A stretch of DNA of 64,000 nt from an uncultured Saprospiraceae bacterium (GTDB lineage: Bacteria > Bacteroidota > Bacteroidia > Chitinophagales > Saprospiraceae). The position numbers and the translations under genes were made by a program. The notes under the pieces were generated by a model. It did not search any database. It had not been told where the DNA came from and worked only from the letters and a program-made list of their open reading frames with translations. The stretch covers positions 609-64,608 of the forward strand of contig CAZGAU010000005.1 of assembly GCA_964523725.1 (NCBI GenBank), written 5' to 3'. Shown in pieces: positions 31,370-40,794 of this stretch (positions within the stretch are counted from its first letter, which is position 1; each line of letters opens with the position of its first letter).

Positions 31370-31620
31370 GGCACGAACTGCCATATTTGCCGGTTTAAAA
31401 TAAAAGACCAAGGCTTGTTTTGTAACTTTCGCTGAAAATGGAGTGATATAGGCAACAGCTCTATTAAAACTACGTTAAATTCGGCGTGTTATACATCCCG
31501 ACAATGAAGATGGGGGTCTTATTACCAGGGAGATTTATTTTAATAAGGCCCCGGAATTTAGTAACTTTCTATCCGGGAACGTGTTCAAAAAAAATAGTCA
31601 TTTACATAGAAAAATAAAGC

Positions 31621-34600
31621 GTGTCTATAACATCAGAACAAACTCAGGCAAATAACGAAAAAAATACGGAGGGTATCCTGGCAATTGTCGTGCGATGGTT
31701 GCTGCGCGTGTTTTTCGGGCTCACTGGTCTGCTGCTTGCGTTGATGTTGATTATTCAGTTGCCGCCGGTACAAAGCTGGGCAGTAAAAGCGATCTCCAAT
31801 ACCTTGAGCAAAGAGATGCAGACTGAAGTGCGGGTTGGCTATCTGTATCTGGCATTTTTTGATCGGCTAACGCTGAAAGATTTTTATGTGGAAGACCTTA
31901 CCAAGGGCGACACCTTGCTTTATAGTAATAAGTTGAAGGTCAATATCGTAACTAACCCTTTTGTTTACTTGCGCAAGGGCTTGACCATTGAGGAAATATC
32001 TCTGGAAGGCGCCACCTTTAATCTCCGCACTGCCCCGAACGCCAAGCAATCCAACCTGGAAATCTTGCTGGAACGGCTGCTTCCGGCAAAAGAAAAAACA
32101 AAAAGGTCAAACCGCCCCTTCCACCTGGATGTACGCAGGCTGAATCTGGATGATGTAGTTTTTGTAAAAGATGATAAAGTACGCGGTCAGCAGCTTTACG
32201 CGGGCTTGAGGCAAGGACGGATCGTGTTCAAACGCCTTAATTTTCCTAAGAAAGTAATCGATGTTCGCTCGATTATGCTGGAGGGCCCGATCTTTCGCAT
32301 CAGTGAATTTGAAGGGACCCCGGTGGCGATGGAAGCTGCCATGCGGGAGGTGATCGATACCAGTGCTGTGGATACGAACACTTTAAAGGTAAATATTGAA
32401 ACCTTCAGAATAAATGGTGGGCAATTTTCTTTACATAATTACTTCAGAGCGCCTGTAAAAACAACGCCGGCGGATGAACTTGATTATCAGCACATGGATG
32501 TTTATGATATTGATATGAATATCCGTGACTTTTCTTTTAAAGATGAAGCCTATACCGGAAAAGTAGAGAAAATCTCTTTAAAGGAAAAGAGTGGTTTCGT
32601 GTTGAACGAATTATCCGCTGATAATGCACTTGTATCGCAAGAGCGCACAGAATTACTAGGGCTGAAAATTATCACACCTTACAGTGCTATTGGTGACACG
32701 CTGATCTTCCGGCACCGTGAACTGGCTGATTACATAGTTTTCCCGGATGCGGTCAATATGCAGGCTAATTTCAAGGATGCGAAAGTCGCTTTGCGTGATA
32801 TCATGGTTTTTGCGCCGGGGCTGAAGAGTAATAACTTTTTTGCCAGTAACCGAGATGAGGTACTGGAAGTGGACGGTGAAGTGCGTGGCAGGGTAAACAA
32901 CCTTCGGGGTAGAGACCTGAATATTCGACTATCCGATGGTTCTAATTTACAGGGAAGTTTTAGCTCGCGTAACCTGGCTGTGAAAAATGAAGAATTTCTC
33001 AATCTTCGGCTGGAGCAACTGGTCACTCGCATGAGCACACTTCGGCAATTGATTCCGGGCATCACGCTTCCGCAAAACTTCGATCGTCTAGGGCGGCTCA
33101 ATTTCCGGGGAAGTTTCGACGGCTTTTTTGCTGACTTTGTAGCATTTGGTGACCTGCGCACCGACATTGGCCGTGCGGTGATGGATATGCGCATGAACCT
33201 GAAAAACGGTCGGGGTAAGGCCAATTACTCCGGTAAACTAAGGCTTGAAAATTTTGACCTTGGCAAATGGACTGACAGTGAGGATTTCGGGTTGGTCAAC
33301 TTTTCGTCTGAGGTGAAAAACGGGGTAGGGCTTACCGGACAAACCGCTAGTGCTCAACTTACTGCCGAAATCCAGAGCTTTTATTTCAAAAATTATAATT
33401 ACCAAAACGCCCGGCTCGCTGGTGAACTGAACCGAAATCTTTTTAATGGTTCCCTCTCGATCCAGGATAATAATATGGATCTCAACTTTCAGGGCCTGGT
33501 AGATTACAGGGATAGTATTCCGGTATTTGATTTTCGGGTAGCGGTGGAAAAATTGGACTTACAAGCGCTAAATCTTTCTGAAAAAAACCTGGTGTTGGGA
33601 GGCAATGCAGATATCAATCTTCGCAATGACCGGCTTTCAAAAATTGCCGGCACAATAGATTTAAATAATATAAAAATTATTCACAATCAGGAGAATGTTT
33701 ACCAAATTGACAGCGTATTTGCCAACTCTACCTTTACCGACGACGGAAGGAAAGTTTTTAGTGTAGCCTCCGATATTGCCGATATGCGCATCGAAGGATT
33801 GTTTGACATTGAGCAGATTCCTGACCTGATTACCGGCTATTTTGTAAGAAATTACCCCAAATATTCGAGTCGCTTGGGTATAAAAGCAAAAGATAAAGAA
33901 CTCAGTGTTGCGGATTATATTTTCGATATTCAGATCAAAGACGCCAGCGGACTCCCGAAGATTCTGGACGAACAAATCGGTCAGATTCAGGGCGTTAATG
34001 TGACCGGCTTTTACAACAGCTCAAATGATTCTCTGCTGGTCAAGACCGACGTTTCCAGATTTGAATACGGCAGCGTACGTGTGGAGGACGTAGCTTTTAC
34101 TTTCAACGCTTTGCGCGATCAGGGCTGGGTAGATTTGCAGGTAAATAATACCATTCTGAACGAAAAAACGCAGCTGGAGCCTATTACAGTCATTAGCTTT
34201 TTGAATGGCGATACCCTTGATTTCGGGGTGAATTATTACGCCAGCGGTTTGCTGGACAATCTCAACCTCGAAGGCAAGTTTTATCCAATGGACAGTACTT
34301 TGTTTCAGGTGCAATTCGAGCAGTCCAACCTGGTGATCCTGGAAATGCCCTGGGAGATTGACTCCAGCAATTATATCACATTTGGCAAGAACTTCTTTGA
34401 AGCCAAAAACTTCACCTTGCAGAGCCGGGAACGCAAGATCGTGGTAGAAAGCGTGCGCAACCGGGGCGCCAAGGTTTTACTCACTGATTTTGATTTCAAT
34501 TTCATAGATGAGCTCTGGGATTACGATCCCTTGAATTTTTCCGGGCATTTTGATGCAACGGCGGAGGTTGGAAACGTCTTTGAAATGAAAAACCTCAAGG

Positions 34601-36501
34601 CGACCATTACATCTGACAGTTTTTATATTAATAACGACCCCTACGGTAAGTTTACCCTGGTGGCAAGCGCACCTGATTTAAAGACGCAGCTGAGAGGAGA
34701 CCTAAGAATTGATGATGGCTTGTCCAGCCTTACGGCAAAAGGGTTTTACAACCTGGCTGATCTTGAAGGAGAAGGCAGCAGGGCTGAAAAAGAGAACCGT
34801 TATTTCAATTTTGATTTGGATATTAAACGGTATCCGCTTTGTATGGCGGAATATTTTATCGGAGATGTAATATCCAATACCAATGGGCAACTGGATGGCA
34901 AGTTAAACTTCCAGGGTCAACCTTCCTTGCCCAATGTAAGCGGAGATGTAACCCTCTGGGATGGAACAGTCACTGTGAATTATCTGAAAACCACCTATAC
35001 TTTTGCCAAAGGCAATGTGGATGTAAATAACTTCCTGTTTGATGCCAGCGGTATTACATTGCGTGACCGATATGGCCATACGGCGACCCTTTCCGGTGGT
35101 ATCCGGCACGATCACCTGCGCAATTTTGGACTGGACGCCCGCCTGCGTACCCAGCGTTTCCTGGCTTTAGATACCGAAAAAGGCGACAACAAGCTCTTTT
35201 ACGGGCACGCATTGGGACAGGGTGATGTGCGTTTCAGTGGTCCTTTTGATAAAATCGATATTTACATCAATGCAACGGTGGGCGACAGTACCCGCATTGT
35301 GATTCCCGTGAGTTCTGAAAAAGAAGCTTCTGCTTTAAAATTCATCAACTTTGTAGATAAGCGTAAGGAAAAAGCCGAAGCCGAGCAGCAACAAAATCTG
35401 ACCAATCTCACCGGCGTCAGCGTCGAAATGAACCTCGTGGTGCAGGATGAAGCCCAAATGGAAATTGTCTTTAATGAACAAACCGGCGATATCATCAAAG
35501 GCTCTGGTCGCGGCAATATCCGGGTACTTACGCCACGCAACGGCGATTTCCGCATGTTTGGCGATTATACCATTCAGCAGGGTGATTATTTATTTACTTT
35601 ATATAATGTGGTAAATAAAAAATTTACCGTTCGTCCGGGAGGTTATATTCAATGGACAGGCGATCCATTTGGCGCACAAATTAACATTGAAGCGGAATAT
35701 AAAGGATTGAATACTTCTGTTGCCAATTTTATACAAGAATATTTAGTTGGTGTTAGTCCTCAGGTGCAAAATGATGCCAGCAAGTCCACCCAGGTGATTC
35801 TGGTGATGAATCTCAAAGGCGAGCTCCTACGTCCCGTCATTAATTTTGACATCCAATTTCCGACCCTGACCGGCCAGCTCAAGGCATACGCCGATAGTAA
35901 AATGAATCTGCTGCGGCGCGACCAGAATGAGCTCAACCGCCAGGTTTTCGGCTTGATCGTGGTAGGGCAGTTTTTACCTGATAATGTGGCCATCCAGGGG
36001 AGTGATATTTTATATAATACCGTGAGCGAGTTTGTTTCCAATCAGCTTTCCCTGCTGCTCACCGAGCTTTTCTCCGAAGTAATTGCCGACGGACGGGTGC
36101 TCTCGGGCATCGATTTTGATATTGCATACAATCAGTATCAAAGCGTGGATCTAAGTGGTAGTCAGGACTTTGCGCGTGGCGATGAATTTGAGGTACAACT
36201 GCGTCAGGAATTTTTCAATGATCGTTTGTCTGTTCTGATCGGTGGCAATGTGGACATCGGTACCAATGTGAGCAATGCCTCCACAGCAGGAACTTTCATT
36301 GGTAATGACGTGGTGATCGAATATGCGATCAGTAGAGATCGGAGTCTGAAACTCAAAGTGTATCAGCGTTTGCAGCCAGATATTGGCGGGCGGCGCTTGC
36401 AGGTAGGCACCGGTGTGAGCTTCCGCAAAGAGTTTGATACCTTTGGTGAATTCTGGCGGAGCCTGCGCAATGATGCCAAAAAAATGAAAAATGGCAATTA
36501 A
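31621..36501 (+). CDS. tamB: translocation and assembly module protein TamB (DUF490 C-terminus)
   Basis: 1626 aa with an N-terminal signal-anchor, long beta-rich repeats and a conserved C-terminal TamB-type region. GTG start. Confidence 0.85.
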   Translation: MSITSEQTQANNEKNTEGILAIVVRWLLRVFFGLTGLLLALMLIIQLPPVQSWAVKAISNTLSKEMQTEVRVGYLYLAFFDRLTLKDFYVEDLTKGDTLLYSNKLKVNIVTNPFVYLRKGLTIEEISLEGATFNLRTAPNAKQSNLEILLERLLPAKEKTKRSNRPFHLDVRRLNLDDVVFVKDDKVRGQQLYAGLRQGRIVFKRLNFPKKVIDVRSIMLEGPIFRISEFEGTPVAMEAAMREVIDTSAVDTNTLKVNIETFRINGGQFSLHNYFRAPVKTTPADELDYQHMDVYDIDMNIRDFSFKDEAYTGKVEKISLKEKSGFVLNELSADNALVSQERTELLGLKIITPYSAIGDTLIFRHRELADYIVFPDAVNMQANFKDAKVALRDIMVFAPGLKSNNFFASNRDEVLEVDGEVRGRVNNLRGRDLNIRLSDGSNLQGSFSSRNLAVKNEEFLNLRLEQLVTRMSTLRQLIPGITLPQNFDRLGRLNFRGSFDGFFADFVAFGDLRTDIGRAVMDMRMNLKNGRGKANYSGKLRLENFDLGKWTDSEDFGLVNFSSEVKNGVGLTGQTASAQLTAEIQSFYFKNYNYQNARLAGELNRNLFNGSLSIQDNNMDLNFQGLVDYRDSIPVFDFRVAVEKLDLQALNLSEKNLVLGGNADINLRNDRLSKIAGTIDLNNIKIIHNQENVYQIDSVFANSTFTDDGRKVFSVASDIADMRIEGLFDIEQIPDLITGYFVRNYPKYSSRLGIKAKDKELSVADYIFDIQIKDASGLPKILDEQIGQIQGVNVTGFYNSSNDSLLVKTDVSRFEYGSVRVEDVAFTFNALRDQGWVDLQVNNTILNEKTQLEPITVISFLNGDTLDFGVNYYASGLLDNLNLEGKFYPMDSTLFQVQFEQSNLVILEMPWEIDSSNYITFGKNFFEAKNFTLQSRERKIVVESVRNRGAKVLLTDFDFNFIDELWDYDPLNFSGHFDATAEVGNVFEMKNLKATITSDSFYINNDPYGKFTLVASAPDLKTQLRGDLRIDDGLSSLTAKGFYNLADLEGEGSRAEKENRYFNFDLDIKRYPLCMAEYFIGDVISNTNGQLDGKLNFQGQPSLPNVSGDVTLWDGTVTVNYLKTTYTFAKGNVDVNNFLFDASGITLRDRYGHTATLSGGIRHDHLRNFGLDARLRTQRFLALDTEKGDNKLFYGHALGQGDVRFSGPFDKIDIYINATVGDSTRIVIPVSSEKEASALKFINFVDKRKEKAEAEQQQNLTNLTGVSVEMNLVVQDEAQMEIVFNEQTGDIIKGSGRGNIRVLTPRNGDFRMFGDYTIQQGDYLFTLYNVVNKKFTVRPGGYIQWTGDPFGAQINIEAEYKGLNTSVANFIQEYLVGVSPQVQNDASKSTQVILVMNLKGELLRPVINFDIQFPTLTGQLKAYADSKMNLLRRDQNELNRQVFGLIVVGQFLPDNVAIQGSDILYNTVSEFVSNQLSLLLTELFSEVIADGRVLSGIDFDIAYNQYQSVDLSGSQDFARGDEFEVQLRQEFFNDRLSVLIGGNVDIGTNVSNASTAGTFIGNDVVIEYAISRDRSLKLKVYQRLQPDIGGRRLQVGTGVSFRKEFDTFGEFWRSLRNDAKKMKNGN

Positions 36502-36523
36502 ATAATATCCAAACATCCAAATC

Positions 36524-37186
36524 ATGCTGACCCAACTATCGCTCGGTTTTCTCAAGGATTTAAGCAAAAACAACAACCGTGACTGGTTTCACGATAATAA
36601 AAAGCGTTACGAAAAGGAATTAAAAAAGCCTTTTGAAGGCATGATCGGCGCCATTATTCAGGAAGTGCAGAAAGTTGATCCAACCGTAGTCGTCACACCA
36701 AAACAAGCCATTTTCAGAATTTACCGCGACACTCGTTTTTCCAAAGATAAAAGTCCTTACAAAACACATGTGAGTGCAGTGATTGCGCCCGGCGGTACCA
36801 AACAAAAAGAGTATCCGGGCATGTACATCCACGTGGAACCGGGCATGCTGATGCTGGGCGGCGGCGCTTATTTCCTGGATACCCAATCATTATATCAGGT
36901 GCGGCAGTTTATTACATTAAATGTAAAAAGATTTGAAAACATTATATCCAATCCTGAATTTGTTGAAAAATTTGAAACTTTGAAAGGTGAGAAAAATAAA
37001 CGCTTGCCCAAGGAATTTATGGAAGCTGCTGAGACGCAACCGCTTTTATACAACAAACAATTTTATTACATGGCGGAGTTGGACCCGAAAAATGTGCTTC
37101 GCGAAGACTTTGTGCCCTTTGTCATGGAATATTATCATGCCGCCAAACCATTCAATGATTTTTTGGTAGAAGCGTTGAATTCCTAG
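36524..37186 (+). CDS. DUF2461 (TIGR02453) family protein
   Basis: L..L..NN.R.WF...K..YE N-terminal signature and RIYRDTRFSKDK. Confidence 0.8.
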   Translation: MLTQLSLGFLKDLSKNNNRDWFHDNKKRYEKELKKPFEGMIGAIIQEVQKVDPTVVVTPKQAIFRIYRDTRFSKDKSPYKTHVSAVIAPGGTKQKEYPGMYIHVEPGMLMLGGGAYFLDTQSLYQVRQFITLNVKRFENIISNPEFVEKFETLKGEKNKRLPKEFMEAAETQPLLYNKQFYYMAELDPKNVLREDFVPFVMEYYHAAKPFNDFLVEALNS

Positions 37187-37191
37187 TTATA

Positions 37192-38271
37192 TTACAACTT
37201 AGCCATCCGTTGCCGCAGCCAGTGATCTGCCAGTACCAATGCCGTCATCGCCTCTACGATAGGCACCGCACGCGGGAGCACGCATGGATCGTGCCGTCCG
37301 CGCCCGACTACCGTAACCGCTTCGCCTGCTTCATTCACCGATTCTTGCTCAGGAATGATCGTTGCCACGGGTTTGAATGCTACCCTAAAGTAAATATCCA
37401 TGCCGTTGGAAATACCGCCCTGCACCCCGCCGGAGTGATTGGTGCGGGTTTTGATCAAGCCTTCATCGTTGTAAAACAGGTCATTATGCTCGGAGCCGCG
37501 CAGCGTCACGCCGTCGAAGCCGGAACCGTATTCAAAGCCCTTGGTGGCATTGATGCTCATCATCGCTTTGGCTAAGTCCGCGTGGAGTTTGTCAAAAGCC
37601 GGCTCGCCCAGGCCCGGCGGGCAGCCCTGCACTACACCCGTTACTACACCGCCGATGGTGTCGCCATCCTTGCGCACTGCTTTGATGAGGTCGATCATTT
37701 GTTGTGCCACATCCAGATCGGGGCAGCGTACGTCAGTAGCTTCAATATTATTAAAATCCAATTCCTGATAGCTTTTTTCAACTTTTAAACCGCCCACTTG
37801 ACTCACATAAGCGTTGATCTGAACGCCCTGAGTTTGCAAAAGCAGTTTGGCAATAGCGCCCGCTGCTACGCGTGCCGCCGTTTCCCGGGCAGAGGAGCGC
37901 CCGCCGCCGCGATAGTCGCGAATGCCGTATTTGGCAAAAAAAGTATAATCCGCATGGGAAGGACGGAACTTATCAGCAATGTGGCTGTAATCCCCGGAAC
38001 GCTGGTCGTCATTGTAGATCACCATGGCAATGGGCGTACCCGTGCTTTGTCCTTCAAAAATACCGGACAGAATCTGCACCATATCGCTTTCCTTGCGCTG
38101 GGTTACGATGTTCGATTGTCCCGGGCGCCGCCGGTCGAGTTCTTTTTGAATAAAAGCCTCATCGATCGCTAGGCCTGCCGGGCAGCCATCTATGATAACG
38201 CCAATAGCTTTGCCGTGCGATTCTCCAAAAGTGGTAACCTTGAATACCTGTCCGAAACTATTTCCAGCCAT
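37192..38271 (-). CDS. aroC: chorismate synthase
   Basis: [20 protein letters not shown] and RHDPCV motifs. Confidence 0.95.
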   Translation of the reverse strand: MAGNSFGQVFKVTTFGESHGKAIGVIIDGCPAGLAIDEAFIQKELDRRRPGQSNIVTQRKESDMVQILSGIFEGQSTGTPIAMVIYNDDQRSGDYSHIADKFRPSHADYTFFAKYGIRDYRGGGRSSARETAARVAAGAIAKLLLQTQGVQINAYVSQVGGLKVEKSYQELDFNNIEATDVRCPDLDVAQQMIDLIKAVRKDGDTIGGVVTGVVQGCPPGLGEPAFDKLHADLAKAMMSINATKGFEYGSGFDGVTLRGSEHNDLFYNDEGLIKTRTNHSGGVQGGISNGMDIYFRVAFKPVATIIPEQESVNEAGEAVTVVGRGRHDPCVLPRAVPIVEAMTALVLADHWLRQRMAKL

Positions 38272-38411
38272 TTTTTAAGTCAGAATTACGAGATACGAAG
38301 TCAGAAACCAATTTTATTGGTGGCGAAGATAAATAAATTTCAAACGACAAAAAGACGCCGCTCGATCTTCTGAGAGAAGATACTTGTTTATTCCGGGAAA
38401 GCATCAGGAGC

Positions 38412-39005
38412 TTATTCCTTAAGTGCACCTTCAAATTTCGAAGATTCCAGACCTATGTAACGTTCCATTCTTTCCCGAATGAACTTCGCTTCCTCAATAT
38501 TAGGCAGATCTGCTATCAGTTTATGGGTATCACCTGCATATGTCCGAAATTGAACTTCGTAAGTGTAAGTAGAATTTCCCTTGTACCTGCGTTCTTTTGT
38601 AACGACAAAGAATTGCTTTACTGCAGCCCTTACTATATCCTTTTCGCCGCGCCAGAATAGCGGTTTGATCCGCACCCGGATTTCACGGGGATCCACCTCG
38701 ATGATCGTAGTATTTAAACAACCGGCGAGACCAGCGTAGGTAAGATAAAGTCCCATTAAACCGATAAATAAGACGCCAAGCGTCGTTTCAAAAATACCGT
38801 CTTCTTCGCTCGGCAAAGGACGACCCGCCGCAGATTCTATAAATGCATAAGTAAAATATCCCAGCACTAACCCGCCAAGAATCAGGTTCAGAACATAACT
38901 TGGTGTAAACCAGCGGTAAGCAATAGTCATTTGGTAGTTCCCTTCCCGGATGCGGATGCTTTGGGGAGCTTCGGGTGAAAAAGTCGGGCGATCATACGAA
39001 ATCAT
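38412..39005 (-). CDS. hypothetical two-TM membrane protein
   Basis: I prefer the start at the internal ATG (MISYDRP...). The ORF is open to 39140. Confidence 0.45.
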   Translation of the reverse strand: MISYDRPTFSPEAPQSIRIREGNYQMTIAYRWFTPSYVLNLILGGLVLGYFTYAFIESAAGRPLPSEEDGIFETTLGVLFIGLMGLYLTYAGLAGCLNTTIIEVDPREIRVRIKPLFWRGEKDIVRAAVKQFFVVTKERRYKGNSTYTYEVQFRTYAGDTHKLIADLPNIEEAKFIRERMERYIGLESSKFEGALKE

Positions 39006-39150
39006 CGCATGGGTGTTTTGGTTTTTTAAAGTTAGATTCAAGTTATTGATAAACAAGGCTTCGTGCCATTTTTCTCGACGAAAAGAATACAATTTTACGA
39101 CCAATTTGAATAAACGCCCTTCTCTTTTCAAACCCTTCAATACTCCAATT

Positions 39151-39573
39151 CTATCTTTCTATTAACTCCTGATACAATTCCCAGGAACTGCGCTCCACCC
39201 AGCACTCCGCCAGTTTGCCGTCGCGTACCGCCCAGATAGCGATGCCCGTAAAAGAAATCGGCGCACCGTCGGCGGGTAAACCCAGGATGCCATTGTTCTT
39301 GCCCGTGCAGACCCAACGCGATACCACGCGGTCACCCGCAGAATTGGCGAATACCTCCACATTCTCAGTGCGCGCCTCCAGCAGGCGCTCTTGAAACGCC
39401 CGAACCCAATCTTTGAAAGCAGCCCTGCCCACGATCGGCTTGCCGCCGGTGGTGATCACATAATCCTCGGTCATGAGTTCATCGATCGCATTCAGGTCGT
39501 GGACGTGCCCGCCCCACACGCGATTCAGAAATTCCAACGCCAGTTGCGCTGCGGATGATTCCTTGTTTTGCAT
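39151..39573 (-). CDS. SnoaL-like/ester cyclase family protein
   Basis: 140-aa NTF2-like protein starting MQNKESS. The tracked ORF extension to 39807 runs into the repeat array and is probably non-coding. Confidence 0.7.
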   Translation of the reverse strand: MQNKESSAAQLALEFLNRVWGGHVHDLNAIDELMTEDYVITTGGKPIVGRAAFKDWVRAFQERLLEARTENVEVFANSAGDRVVSRWVCTGKNNGILGLPADGAPISFTGIAIWAVRDGKLAECWVERSSWELYQELIER

Positions 39574-39672
39574 GGTGTTTTTTTGAAAAGAACAGCGCGA
39601 GGAGGGAGGATGGTTGAAGGAGGCTCCGCTCTTTTCATTTGATATCCTTTGAGACCTATATATTCCTGTTCT

Positions 39673-39925
39673 ATAATTCGACATTGCCCTTCCAGATAGG
39701 AACATTGCCTCATTAGACGGCAACTTTACTATCTGGAATAGGAAATTTGACTTGTCAGATAGCAAATTTGCTATGCCGGGAGTCATTTTTCCTATTCGAA
39801 GAGTCAAATTTGATACTCAAAGAGTCAATGTTGATAGGTGGGGTAGGAATGTTCCTCTGTAGCATAGCAACATTGCTTCGCTGGATAGCAACGTTGGGTA
39901 GAAAAGGGGAAAAGTTGACTTAGCT
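39673..39925. repeat. degenerate tandem array, about 12 units of 20-22 bp, many with NNAAnnTTNN dyad cores
   Basis: Units start near 39673, 39694, 39715, 39735, 39757, 39778, 39798, 39819, 39840, 39861, 39883 and 39904. Cores include ATAGCAAATTTGCTAT (16-bp perfect palindrome, 39759-39774), TCAAATTTGA, TCAATGTTGA, AGGAATGTTCCT, AGCAACATTGCT and CAACGTTG. Confidence 0.8.
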
Positions 39926-39931
39926 GGGAAC

Positions 39932-40333
39932 TTATTGCACCCAATTCTCAACTTTCAGGTTAGGGACTCGTCTAAACTCTCTTTCATTATTCGTGACAAT
40001 TGTGATATCCAGACTTTTAGCGTGAGCCGCAATGAGCATATCTAAAGCGCCAATCGGTTGTCCCGTTTTTTCAAGGTGGACACGCAATTCGCCATAAACT
40101 ACTGACGCCTCATAATCAAACTCCACAATTTCAAGCGGAATTAAAAACTGTTGCAGCGCCTGTTGATTTTTTTCTGGCTGTGTGCTTTTGGCAACGCCAT
40201 ATTGCAACTCCGACAAAGTAATAGTGGAAATGCCTACATCGCCAAGGGGCAGTGATTGAAAGCGTTCGAGCACCTCAACCGGTTTTTTCTTGATGATGTA
40301 AATACAAGTATTGGTATCGAGTAGATATTTCAT
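39932..40333 (-). CDS. vapC: type II toxin, PIN-domain VapC
   Basis: MKYLLDTNTCIYIIK... with conserved acidic residues (D6, E43-like, D97-like) and TNNEREF near the C-terminus. 133 aa. Confidence 0.85.
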   Translation of the reverse strand: MKYLLDTNTCIYIIKKKPVEVLERFQSLPLGDVGISTITLSELQYGVAKSTQPEKNQQALQQFLIPLEIVEFDYEASVVYGELRVHLEKTGQPIGALDMLIAAHAKSLDITIVTNNEREFRRVPNLKVENWVQ

Positions 40334-40569
40334 TAGTCAAGCGATTCACGTTCTTGTTGGGCGGGCTGATCGCGGTCATCCATAAAATCCGGCGTGAAGT
40401 TGTTCAGACTTTCAAAAAGGCTCTGCCAGGGATTGTGAAAAGGAATGACATATAAAGTATTACCAAGCTTGCGCAGATATACTTTATCATCGGCAATCTT
40501 CATCCGCTCGGGTATGCGAATGATTTGAGCGCCGTTGGTCTGTTGAATGTCTATGGCTTCGAAGGTCAT
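40333..40569 (-). CDS. vapB: type II antitoxin, AbrB/SpoVT-like VapB
   Basis: 78 aa with an N-terminal swapped-hairpin-like GAQIIRIPERM motif. The stop overlaps the vapC start (TAATG). Confidence 0.75.
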   Translation of the reverse strand: MTFEAIDIQQTNGAQIIRIPERMKIADDKVYLRKLGNTLYVIPFHNPWQSLFESLNNFTPDFMDDRDQPAQQERESLD

Positions 40570-40591
40570 TGGCTTTTATTTTCTTTCAAAA

Positions 40592-40614
40592 CAAAGATAA
40601 CAAAAAGAACGTTC
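40592..40614 (-). promoter_or_regulatory. putative vapBC promoter -7 box (TATCTTTG) with an adjacent GAACGTTC dyad
   Basis: On the minus strand, TATCTTTG (40592-40599) fits the Bacteroidetes TAnnTTTG -7 consensus about 23 nt before the vapB ATG. The perfect 8-bp palindrome GAACGTTC lies at 40607-40614. Confidence 0.35.
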
Positions 40615-40627
40615 CGTGCGCGGGTAG

Positions 40628-40783
40628 GGGCGAGCTTTAGTCGCCCGTGTAATATTTAGTCGCTCTCCCGTTTTAATCGAGTCTCTTGCAAAGGACTCGA
40701 TTGGGTAGGATGTGTTGTGGGATATGATACTACATTGCCGAGTCCCGCCACGCGCAGGCTTGGGCGCGGGAGACTCGGCGGGG
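40628..40783. other. three GC-rich stem-loops between the TIR-like gene stop and vapB
   Basis: A: GGGCGA (40628-33) with TCGCCC (40641-46). B: AATCGAGTC (40675-83) with GACTCGATT (40694-702). C: GCCGAGTC (40737-44) with GACTCGGC (40772-79), with an inner CGCGC/GCGCG pairing and an alternative CCCGCC/GGCGGG pairing. Confidence 0.7.
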
Positions 40784-40794
40784 ACGGAAATGAT

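Noticed and set aside
31494-31607. Small 37-codon ORF (MKMGVLLPGRF...) in the long leader before tamB.
   Set aside because: No supporting signal and no recognisable peptide features. It cannot be distinguished from a chance ORF.
39574-39807. N-terminal extension of the SnoaL-like ORF (tracked as 39151-39807) running into the repeat array.
   Set aside because: The NTF2-like domain begins at the internal Met (39573). The extension is just an open frame through the 21-bp repeats and has no protein-like features. The same reasoning trimmed ORFs 20236-20760, 44620-45096, 54585-55190 and 38412-39140.
39673-39925. Could the tandem array be a CRISPR array or a type III toxin-antitoxin RNA (ToxI-like) repeat?
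   Set aside because: The units are contiguous and degenerate with no conserved-repeat/unique-spacer alternation, and there are no cas genes. ToxI-type repeats are near-identical and precede an endoRNase toxin gene, whereas the downstream gene here is a SnoaL-like protein.
39778-40779. Apparent enrichment of GAGTC/GACTC: I counted 7 occurrences in about 1.1 kb, 3 in the array and 4 in hairpins B and C. GAGTC is a type IIS (PleI/MlyI-type) recognition site.
   Set aside because: The counts are too small for significance by eye, with roughly 2 expected by chance. Four of the seven are the paired arms of two hairpins, so they are not independent.
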